Part shown: one piece after another, positions 25,826 to 36,823 of the stretch
Numbering within the stretch: position 1 is the stretch's first letter
How the letters are laid out: each line of letters starts with the position of its first letter
Assembly: GCA_030141605.1 (NCBI GenBank)
Contig: JAQGDQ010000086.1
Location: 1-55,790, forward strand
Origin: Tubiluchus corallicola
Lineage: Eukaryota > Animalia > Priapulida
Length of the DNA: 55,790 nucleotides
Direction: 5' to 3'
Notes under the pieces: generated by a model
Told to the model about the DNA's origin: nothing
Database searches by the model: none
Seen by the model: only the letters and a program-made list of their open reading frames with translations
Translations under genes and position numbers: made by a program

Positions 25826-27638
25826 TATGATGATTCTGAATGTTTAACAAGAATATAAACAATATATGGTTAGTTCACTAACAGTCACAGAAGTTAACAT
25901 CTGCGTTGCATCTTCCTTTACTCTGCAAAAGTTTTGCAGACAGGTATGAATGTATTGTGCTCATTGCTGGTAGCGTGTACAATTACGAGAAAGGAAATTG
26001 TCCGTATCAGCTATATCAGAAGCATGAACGGTGATAAAACTGGTTCCACGTGCAAGGTGTCTGCACGATTCTCTCAAAATCAGCAGATCGCAAGGTCCCG
26101 AGCTTTAAGAACTGGAACAGTTAAAAATAGAAACATCACCTATGCTAGTATTGATGTCATAGCAAAAAAGTATATGGAGAATAACATTTAGAACTTTTAT
26201 GTTTGTAAGTACTGTAAATATAATGCTTGTTAAGAATTAATTAAATGCAGAGAGTAGCTCCAAATATATAGCCCCGTTCAAAAGCTAAGAAAGCCGTACA
26301 AGTTACAACTTCATTATTAAGTACATTTTAAGTAATTCCGCATCGGAATTGTAATTTTTATTTTAAGTCTTGCACTTTTATGAAGCAGAAATGAAACATG
26401 GTCACATAGAAATGTCAAAAACATATAATTTAGTGATATCTGCAAGTTAGTTAAATTTTCTCTGCAAACAAACAAGAATATTGCGTAAAACTAAAATATT
26501 CCAGCTTTTTAATTTCCTCTACTTCTAAAAACTAATTACTTCAAAAATTATTATAGAAATGTGTCATCAGCAATATAATAAATTGCAAGCTTGAAATTAC
26601 ATACAATTATGTTTGGTGTGTAAATAGTATTTTAAATAAGTATTTTTATCAGATTTATTTTACTGTTTTATGCTCATAAGGGTGTAGAAATTCATAGGTA
26701 TATTGACTTCTTCCTTTCTGTATTCATATATAGAAACTGATAGGCTGTGCACAGCATACTGTAGCATTATAGTGTGCTTGATATAGTGTGTCGCTTTATA
26801 GCATGTTCATTTCTTGATCACACACATTTTATTTTATCGTATCTGTAGTTGTCATTTATACGTATCAATAAAAAATTATGTATAAAAAAGCTCAGCAACT
26901 AAAGTTAACCAAAGCTATGCCTGGCTAGCAAATAAATGGATGCAGGCATCAATACTCTTTTTGACTGGTTTCCTGTTTCAAAAAAATAACAATAATAAGA
27001 AAAGTAAAAAAACTTGCAGACTTCGTGAAAAAGTCAGTGTGAAATATGAAATTCACTATACAAATAAAACACGTGCGCAACAACAAAACTAAAGAGACCA
27101 TTGCGTATGTGAAAGGCTTTAATGAAGTACACGTCTAGAATACAGATTGTTTTTGAGGTTTCTGTATATCTGAACACACGAGTGTAATTGTGTTTATTAA
27201 TGGTAAATAATTTATAACTTTTATTTTAAATTCTTAATTTACCCAGAAGCCTACTCGTAAACCTACAGCAACAAAGTAAACCTAAGCTAATTAATGGACT
27301 GATAAATTTCTTTTCAGATTTTTTTCTGCCCTTGGAACTTATAATAAATGTGTAGTGATGTTACTGACACATTACAGAAAATTGGATTGATTGTAACTAT
27401 GGCACTATAAGTATAAACAAACTATAAACTTTACCTGGGCAAACATTGTTTTGAATGCCCGTCTCAAGTTGGTTTGATATTCAACATTCGGTATTCAATA
27501 TTTTACCTAAAAACAATAGTAAAACTGGTTTGATATTCAAAATTCGACATGGTCTCAGACTCAAAATATAGGTTTTTCTATCTCTTACTCTTACTTAGTC
27601 TAACCTCTTTTACTGTGTTTACAACATGTAATGGTGTT

Positions 27639-28279
27639 GGGCGCCGAGTAACCCACTAGCCGAAGTAGGACGATTAGCGTACATGGGCTAGCCCAAGTAG
27701 GACACTAGAAACAGGCGAATTGAGTCGTTAAGCGTACTGTCACCGTCCGTCGTCCTTATTTATAGAATAATAATTAAAAACGTCAATATACGTTGAATAA
27801 TTTATTATACATCTGATAAAATGAAAGAATTTTATTCTGAGCTAGAAGAATTAATATTTGCCAATATTAATCTTCTTTGAAGTGAAATAAGTGCACTTTT
27901 TAGGCGATTCCAACATTTGTTTAAGGTATATCTTTTTTTATTTTGTCTTACTTCACAGACAGGTGACCCTTTTCACTCCCTCTCGGACAAATAATTGTTT
28001 TCTACTAAGTAAACGGGTTAGCGAGTTATGTGCCCTACATAGTGTCTCTCCTTAAAGCATTAGATAGTTTAATGTTATGATGATATTAATGGAGCTAATA
28101 CTAATCATGCTATTGTTGAAAAAAATACATTTGTAAATTGTCAAGGACTATCCATCATTATTATAAAGTTACTTTTTTTCTAAAACAATATTTACTTTTA
28201 TGTTTTAGTATGTCATAAATCTCGATATTCGACAGAAATCCATAGTGTCCTACTTCAGCTAGTGGATTACTCGGCGCCC
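27639..28279. mobile_element. MITE with ~33-bp terminal inverted repeats
   Basis: gggcgccgagtaacccactagccgaagtaggac at 27639 and gtcctacttcagctagtggattactcggcgccc ending 28279; AT-rich non-coding interior. Confidence 0.85.
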
Positions 28280-29023
28280 TACAATGGAAACCTTGCAACA
28301 CCAAATCACCAACGCCAACACAAAACACCTCAATTCACTTCAATTCGAGTTTATTTGCCACAAGGTAAAAATAATACCAAAACCAATGTACAACACCAAA
28401 GCTTACGAATTGGTTAGTTCTCTAGTTAACAATAAATTGAAATAGTCAAAGCTTCACCACGAAGAGTGTGTGAAATACTAACGGGTTCGCCTAGCAAGTA
28501 GCAACTACGTATTGTTTAGTAATCAAATAATATTGTCAAAGGAAATTAAAAAAAAATGTGTTAGTAGTTTCGGTGCGAGACAAGTTGTCATTTTCTATCA
28601 TGAGAAACAGTCACTCTCGAATAAACTCGACTGCTTTCAAAATTATGGACAGGGATTTATTTCATGTTTAAAGTCTTGGTATAACGAAAGAGAAACTCGT
28701 AACGCCTCAAAGAGGATACATGCATAGTGCTCATTCACTGGCTGTCTAACATAATAGGCACCTCTCCTCTACAACAAGGTCACGGTGTTCCCGTTCTTCT
28801 CCCGAAATTCACATTCGACAAGTACATATATATCATATTAAATTTTATTGAGTCGGTGCAACCAAAAAAAAGTTTGTGACGCCTCAGCAAAAACTCATAG
28901 CATTCATCAGCTCACTAGCTATCTGACGATAAAGGTAACTGCCCGTTGCAGACGTTCCCGTTCCCGTATTCCCAGCTTTTCTTGAGTTTCACATTCAATA
29001 AGTATAATTATTTTCATGTTTAA

Positions 29024-29661
29024 AGGGGAACAGGACCCAATTTTAAATTAAAGCTCAAAATAATCTAATGTATCTCTTTATATATAATAATATTTATACA
29101 TTATACAATATAAGGTATAAATATTGAAAGAAATGTAATTATTTTTAACAGTCACTTACAAGAAAGAATTATTCCTACAGAAGTTTAATTTCATGTTTGC
29201 GCTCACTTACATGAATTTCGCCATTCGCTAGTCAGATGGAAACAGCGACTACATCTCGGAACTGCGTTGCGCAAAAAAACAAGATCTGTCGACCTCTCAG
29301 TTTGTTTCTGAAGTACACGCATTTGTGTTGAAAGCGTACGATGGCACAGCGGTAAACTTAGAATTTCAATTTTTAAACATAAATTTGACACTCTTTGTAT
29401 ATCATACAGGATGAGTGAATGTTTTCAGTAGCACTGTATTTCAATTTTCGTTTTCGCGTGTACCGCCGTGGAAAGTTTGGGCTGCTGAAAATTAGGATTA
29501 GTTGTGGCGTCATCAACAGCTGGGTTCACCAGCTGTTAATTAAGCTTTTAAGCTATTATTTGGTTATAAGAAACACTCTAGCATTATCATAGGCGTTAGA
29601 ATGTATACTTTTTACTATACTTCATAAGAGAACAGGAGATGAAAAATCATCCTGTTTTCCT
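29024..29661. mobile_element. Kolobok-like MITE (TTAA TSD), copy B
   Basis: ttaa|aggggaacagga ... tcctgttttcct|ttaa; homologous in inverted orientation to 8331-8976. Confidence 0.8.
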
Positions 29662-29939
29662 TTAAAGTGCTGGTGCAATCAAAGAAAAGTGTAACGTATT
29701 TTAAACGAGGATGCCCGTTACAAACTGATCCTCACGAGTTTTTGCACTCATTCGCTAGTAATATATGGCAATTTTTTTCTAAATAGTTCTCTTGTCAAAA
29801 CGTGTTTGCAGCATTACTTATATATACAGATCTAAATTGCTACATTGTTGAAAAAAATTCCAATATTAGAAGCCCACCGCTACTACCAAACACTAATATT
29901 TCTATATAAATACATAAATAAAATAAATATACCTTTCAG

Positions 29940-30460
29940 GAATATTGAATTGCAACTTCTTCGAAATCCAACACTGGACTCTCGGTAATCTATTGCAAAT
30001 TAGAACTAACATCAAAAACGGAAATAATTCTTTATCAAAGCAGGCTATCTCGTTATGGAACATTTTGCCGAAAGAAGTTAAAGATTCACCAACTTTATCT
30101 AACTTTAAAACAAAATTTGAAAAATACGTTTTAACTAGATGTGAATATCTTGTATACCAAAACGACAGTATTTATATGCTGAGTTATTACATTTTTCCCT
30201 CCCATAATCCTGTAAATTCAAAATGTGTGTATTGTATATATTGTAAATATAAAATTATTTATCTAATATCTGTATGTTGTAAATGTCAATATCCACTGTG
30301 TTTGCAGTGATAGCTCTGCACCTAACGCATTTGTCTTTTTACGGTGTTTTATGCACTGATGAATGTCATATGCAGATGTAATTTTTTATTAACATTTGTA
30401 ATGTTCAAAGCTTTTTATAAGACAAATAAATATTATATATATATTTATATTTATATATAT
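29940..30460 (+). mobile_element. CR1/L2-group LINE 3' end
   Basis: NSLSKQAISLWNILPKEVKDSPTLSNFKTK motif, then UTR, AATAAA at ~30425 and (TA)n tail. Confidence 0.8.
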
Positions 30461-30549
30461 AAGAGTAGCATCTAGGCATCTAGTTCCTAGCTACACTGGG
30501 CTAATAGTCACGTACATACAGTTAAAATATACTATTTGCAGGTTAAAAT

Positions 30550-30879
30550 ATGTTATTTCAAATATTTATAGTAATTCGCTTTTACACTGTTGTTATTGCT
30601 TGTGTGTTTTTCTCCTTTTCGGGGCAAACAGGATGTCGAACTTTTATGAACTTCGCTCTAGAGGATAAGTTCCAAGTACGGAGACACAGCGATGGGAATC
30701 AACCGAAAAATGGCAGTGGTGGCACCACTGGTGGTCAAAATCAAGATGATGAAGGAACTGGTCCTACCACAGCTACGGACGTGACGGAAACTGATCCGCA
30801 ATTCATGAAGTTCCGCATGGTACTAGCATTTTTCTGGATTAGCATTTTTCTTATCGTAGGCAAACAGGTGCGTTCTTGA
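30550..30879 (+). CDS. Candidate small secreted/membrane-anchored protein (or an exon of one)
   Basis: 109 aa; acceptor tttgcag at 30541 just before ATG; hydrophobic N-terminus, G/T/D-rich linker, C-terminal hydrophobic VLAFFWISIFLIV. Alternative splice sites at ~30631 and ~30869 make the ends uncertain. Confidence 0.5.
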   Translation: MLFQIFIVIRFYTVVIACVFFSFSGQTGCRTFMNFALEDKFQVRRHSDGNQPKNGSGGTTGGQNQDDEGTGPTTATDVTETDPQFMKFRMVLAFFWISIFLIVGKQVRS

Positions 30880-33004
30880 TGTGTCTGTGTTGTCAGATAT
30901 GTGCAGTGGCTCGCATCCAAAAATTTGCACCTGTTCAAAATATGTAAGTCGTGCTATTAGACACTTTCAATGAAATGTAAGATGGTAATTATTTTTTCCG
31001 CTCCTACATACATGAGTGTGTAGTTCAAAAATAATCCATTCAGTTCAGTGTATAACTTGCACAGGATTCTACATATCTGGGCCTACGAGACTTGATTATT
31101 TATTTTCATACATTGTAACAGACTTACACACGGCAGCAGAGACTCTGATGCGCAGTTAATTAAATTAATAAACACAGAAGAAAACTAGTTCAATCAAGTT
31201 ATTCTATAAATTAACATCTGTTTTAGTGTGGCCACTGAGTCTGTTTAGGACGATTCGTTTAAAATAATTAGACCTACCTTTTCATTTTTCATTAATCCTG
31301 GCTTGCACTAACAACTTTATAAGTATAACGCTTGCATATCTAAACAGATTTAAAATTTGTATTCTTAACTGTCATTTTTTAATTCCTACTTTTCACTGTA
31401 AAGCTCAGCAAAATATGTGATAATTGTTAACCTCGGCTATGAACAAATGGAAATAGAGCTAATTGGAATCTGTTCAAGTCCTGCTTTCATTAAGTCTAGC
31501 AAGGCCATATTCACTATGTAAATGCCCCGTGACACGTAGTACACGTAGGATAGTAATTATGCATGTCTCAGATTTAATTGAACAGGTGTTAATTGAAGAA
31601 TTTACCAGAAAAGTCCTTCGGCCTTCAGGAGTGAAGGAATCCTGATTTGCAACACCCGTGAGACCGATGTATATTTGATAAAGAGTGGGTGCAGAGACGG
31701 ATTATGAACTTTTAGGAACCCTAAAATAATGGAGCCACCCTCGAGATCTAGCTCGCCTGCATGTGTCTTGAATATTTTTTATTCGTGATTTTAGCGACAT
31801 TTACGCAAATTTAAGTATATTTATTGCAAAAAATCATTCGACAAACTAGAATAGCTCTCTTTTGTTAACTAATAAAAATGTGCTTTAAGAATTACCACTA
31901 TTTTACCATTTATCGCAAACCAAATTAGCACATATTTTAACACAACCGTAGTGAAAAAACAGACTTTACCAATTCTACCAAGAGCCTGAGCACCCCCCCC
32001 CCCCAATCTTGAGGGCCCTAGGCTGCAGCCTGTACTAGCCTATAGGATAATCCGGTCCTGGGCGGCATTGATAATAGGTCACAAAATAATAAGAGGCGAT
32101 TGTGGCGACAGTAACAACACTACCTGTTCGTAATTGTCCAACTAATATTAATTATTGTTGCTTGGCGTCACATAATTGATATATAAAAATCAACTGATGT
32201 ATAGCAGTTATTTATCATAATATTTTTACTTGCACAAACTTGCTGCAACGGTATAGCAACTTTTTCCTGGCGATGACTGATTAGTAAATCTTGGTCCCAC
32301 CGATTTTTTGTTTCTTTGTTTGACCACTTTTATCATGCCAACAGTAATTGGGTTAAAACGACTAACTATAACGGAGCATTTAAGTTAGTTGACCACTACA
32401 ATAAAATTCCGGTCAAACTCCGCCGCTGTGATTTGACAGAGCGGTTGTTTACCTGCAATTTTATTTTATTGCCAAAATCGGGTAACCGATTTCAACCGTC
32501 CTAGCTACGAGAATAAAACTTGAATGTGTAAAATCATCTTTCCTGCATTTTTCACTGTCACTTTTCTACTAGATTGCGGTATCAGGTAACAAGCTTTAGA
32601 TGCTCACAGATAAAAGTGATGAAAGGATTCTTTGTTAAACGCAGGGGAAGGATCCAACAGATTTTACGGGATCGTGGGGACTGTCGGCGAAGGAGTGTTG
32701 TTTGAAGGCTCTTAAATTTGTATTGTCTGTATTGTTACACTGGTTGATATTAACAAACGGAATTTGCGTAATAATTACGTGTAATGTTTTGCACATACAT
32801 ACATACACATACAGTAAAAAATTAGGCGCTTAGAGAAAGCAGATAGGTTCTTCTCTCAATTTAATGGATCCTCTGAAAAACTATTTTAATATTTTCATAG
32901 AATGATGGATAATGAATAGAATATTTATTATATGTCTACAAAGGCCATTGACCAAAGCTATTAAGCCACTGACAACATCAGTGTCTAATGTGAAAACAAC
33001 TATA

Positions 33005-33235
33005 AGGACGACAACCATGGCGATGACGGTGGTGATGATGACAACAATATGATAATCAAGATGATGACGTTGATGACAATAATGATGACGGAGACGAAAA
33101 TGATGTTGATGACGATGACGACGACGACGACGATAATGATGGTGGTGATGATGATGACGCGGTGATGGTGAAGACGATATCAGTGCTGATTGTAAGTCGT
33201 GGCCGCGACAGTGGTCGTAATGATGGCGTTGATAG
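33005..33235. repeat. Degenerate (GAT/GAC)n microsatellite
   Basis: Trinucleotide low complexity with frame slips; no continuous ORF in the Asp frame. Confidence 0.8.
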
Positions 33236-34272
33236 CAGTGAAGATGAGACGTCTTACATATTAACACAAAACAGCGACTTATTGCAACAATTTTTTAATT
33301 ATAACACAGTTTGAAACGTTTTTCTTTATTAATAATAGGTTTTTTAACTAAACGTCTCTGGAGACAAGACTGAGCGGAATTAGAAAGCACGAACAGCACG
33401 TGAGCAGCTGTGCACCTGTCCACTGATCAGAAGTCAGTTTGACACTCAAGTGAGCATCTTATTCAACAGACAGCGATTACAAGAACGTGTAGAGGAAGCA
33501 TAGGCGACAAAGAAAATCTGAAGACGTTCGTTAACGCCTGAGGGCTCGCGCGCGTGTCAAATCACTAAATGAATGTCACGGCATGTGGCTGTAAACTACA
33601 AATGCATGTACCTCTGTAATTGGAAATTATGGTTCGCTTGCATATGATGTTTAGATGAATCATGACAATAGAAGCTACGTCATTATTCAATCTTAAGTCG
33701 TGGTGGCGGCGGTAGTGTAATTATTAGAAATTGAAATATGTTCGTATACTAGAATATGATGCGTTATGTTGATGTTCTTCTTCAACCACGTGAGTCGGGA
33801 AATTTTCTGAAAAATTCCATAGATAAGAGGCCCGACGGAAAAATTAGATTGATAAATAGCTGTCCTGTATTTAGAAAAAGAATCAGCAAAATGAGTTCTC
33901 TAGCGGCGCTCGTGAATCAACGAAGAAAATTCATAACAGCGTCTTCCGCAAAAGCAAAGTGAAAAGAAATTTACTGACAATAGAAGTAGAATTCAAAGAA
34001 TGAGCTGCGCCACTTAATCACTAAACCCCGGAAAACTCATTAAACCTCCGAAAATATACCTATTGAGTAATTGCTTTTTTAATGTTCATTTGGAACAATA
34101 CAATCTGGAAACGATTTTTTAACTTCAATTGGAACAGTATTTAGTTTCTCAACTTCAAACCAGAATTGAGAGTCGGAAAAATTACAGCACTGTTATAAAG
34201 GGAACATTGCCTTACCATTGATGAAAAACTGCTCCGTGCTGATGGACAAAATTGTTTTATTACTTTTTGCAG

Positions 34273-34853
34273 GTGAAATTATTTCAATGACCGCCATTTA
34301 GGCCTATTTCCGAGTTTTTTTTCTGTTCTCGGTCCCTCCATTACCAGTACATGTTTCTATCAAGTACAGTATTTAGCTACACGCCATTACAGCTTTTCAT
34401 AATCCAGATTAAGCAGCAACTTCTCCAGCCTACATCTGGTGGACTTGGTGCTGGCAAATATTAAAGCAGCTGCTGTTCTCCGCGGGAAATTCAAACGGTT
34501 TTCGGAGCATTGTGTTAGCAAGGCTGGGCCGGCAGCCTATTCAACCGTTACCTTTGCTTATTACAGCTTTCCTGCGGCTCTGTGGATTTTACAACCGAAG
34601 GCATGACGTCCGGCGTGCGCCGAGGTGTCTTTTCGAATGGGATGTCATAATTTTGTCTGTCCAGGGGTTCCTTCTTTGCGATGTCTTGTGAAGTGTCCTG
34701 GAAGAAGAAAGTTCAGTGTGCTGTGTTGTTGTACATGAATGCGAAACTATCATGGATTTATAGGTGTATAATTATTGACGTATCACAGTGAAGCTAAAAT
34801 CAGCATTCAGACGTACTTTTACGTGTAGTTTTTGTAATGAGTATGTAAAATAG
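34273..34853 (+). other. Candidate non-coding 5' exon of the XKR gene
   Basis: Acceptor tactttttgcag ending 34272, donor ag|gtaagt at 34854, raised GC; downstream acceptor ccactacag at 36751 precedes the XKR ATG. Confidence 0.35.
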
Positions 34854-35222
34854 GTAAGTGTAAACATTATGCTTTTTAACCTTTTGCAACTTACTTAAAA
34901 CCAGCTTGCACACATTTTGGAAGTTTTATAAGTAGGCCCACATTGTACATATTTCAAGATTGATTAGATTTAAGGAAAATATATTTCGTTTTTTCTTGCT
35001 GTCTACGGTTGCTTTAATTGAGAAAATGACTTGGCTATTGCTAATTAATGCCAGAGCAACAATTATTTTGTCATTATAAAATTACAACGTGCTGACGAAT
35101 GAAATTATTCACCCTGTTTTGTCGAAACACTGATTTATATATCTATGCTTTTATGTATATGATATATATTTTACATATATAAATGTTTTAGAGAAATTGA
35201 CTTTATCGAGTTAGTGAGCAGA

Positions 35223-35372
<150 letters not shown>

Positions 35373-36823
35373 TGCACAATGCGCGCTGCAAATTAAATTT
35401 AAATGAACTATAAATGAATTATGTTAAAGTATAACTAGCTTTATTCATACGTCGAGTAAATATGGCAGACATTATCACGCTGAACTAGTTTGCTGTTAAC
35501 GGACTAATCTTATTACACCAATTTTTTGGATACCCATGTAATTTTCCAGTTTAATGTGAAGACACTTGAATTTTATATGAAAGAAACGAACCTAATTTTA
35601 GACCCTAAATTATGACTCGACTTCTTAATCTGCTTTTCTACCCCATCAGCTGAAATTTAGGATAATAATGATATGTTATAAGGAAAGAGAGACTGGGAAA
35701 GGGAGCGAACAACAGAGAGATGGAGAGAGAGGGGGGATAGAGAACGAGAGAGAGAGTGAAACAGAGAGAGAAGGGGAATGAACGAAAGACAGAACGTGAT
35801 AGAGAGACAGAGCTTACCAGAGAGGTGAAAGAACAAGCAGAAACTATAAGGATTATTTGCAGCGCATTCCTATATGCTAGTTATGCTAGTTTAGTTAGCC
35901 AAGAGCTTTTGACGGAAAAAATATCCTTTCCCGACAACAGCTCAAGTAGGTATACAGGTGTTCGGCAAGTAAATTAAAGGTAATAAACTACCGGACCGTC
36001 ACAGTGTGTAAGTTCGACAGAATAAATGTATGTGTCATTAAGGAACGACTGGGATTATCTGCGTAAAACGCTTTTGGACAGACAATTTAATTTTGGTTTG
36101 TCTGATGACAAGTTTAATTAAATTTTGTGATCATATAATAAAGATTGCTGAAAAATTGTACTTTCAACTAATTTGACATTAGTCCAACATTAGAATCAAA
36201 TATAATTGATATACTAACAAATAAAAGGAAAAATATTAAGTGGCTAGTCGCTATCACCGCACCTACAACGGTTTTCAAACAGGAAAACCTAATCAGTTAC
36301 CTGTTTTATATAAAGAAACTGTTAACAGCGTTTACCACTTACAGTAAAAACCGCTATATGGCAAATTGGCCGTACAGTTTGAATTTGTATGCAAACTCAC
36401 AAATTCAAAATTGACACTTACAGTCAAACGTCAATAATTATGGTTATAGACATTTGAATAATACCAGTAAAATGCCTATTATTTTAATTTCCTTTTTTGA
36501 TTATTACATACGGATTTGCATTTTTTAACTCCTGAAAAATGCTTTAAAATCGTACAAGAAACCTTTAAAATGCTTCAGATAAGACAGATAACTTAATTGC
36601 GTTATTATTTAGTTTGACTTCATTTGCTTTAGTTTGACTTTAGTTTAAACTGCACACTTAATGAAACCTTATAGAATTATTGTTTCATTGTCTGGGTAAT
36701 TTTTATAGAAACTTGGTAATCTGAAATGCTATTACTCTGTCCCCACTACAGTTTAATTATGTTTACACATGTATTTTTTAGCTAAATGAATGATGTTCTG
36801 AACCGGGAAAACGATTTGCAAAA

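Noticed and set aside
31693-32060. Possible hAT-type MITE (cagagacggattat ... ataatccggtcctg)
   Set aside because: TIR match is short and imperfect and no 8-bp TSD is visible
32881-33267. His/Arg-rich minus ORF, or Asp-rich biomineral-like protein on plus
   Set aside because: Degenerate GAT/GAC repeat; the Asp frame slips and has no start or signal peptide
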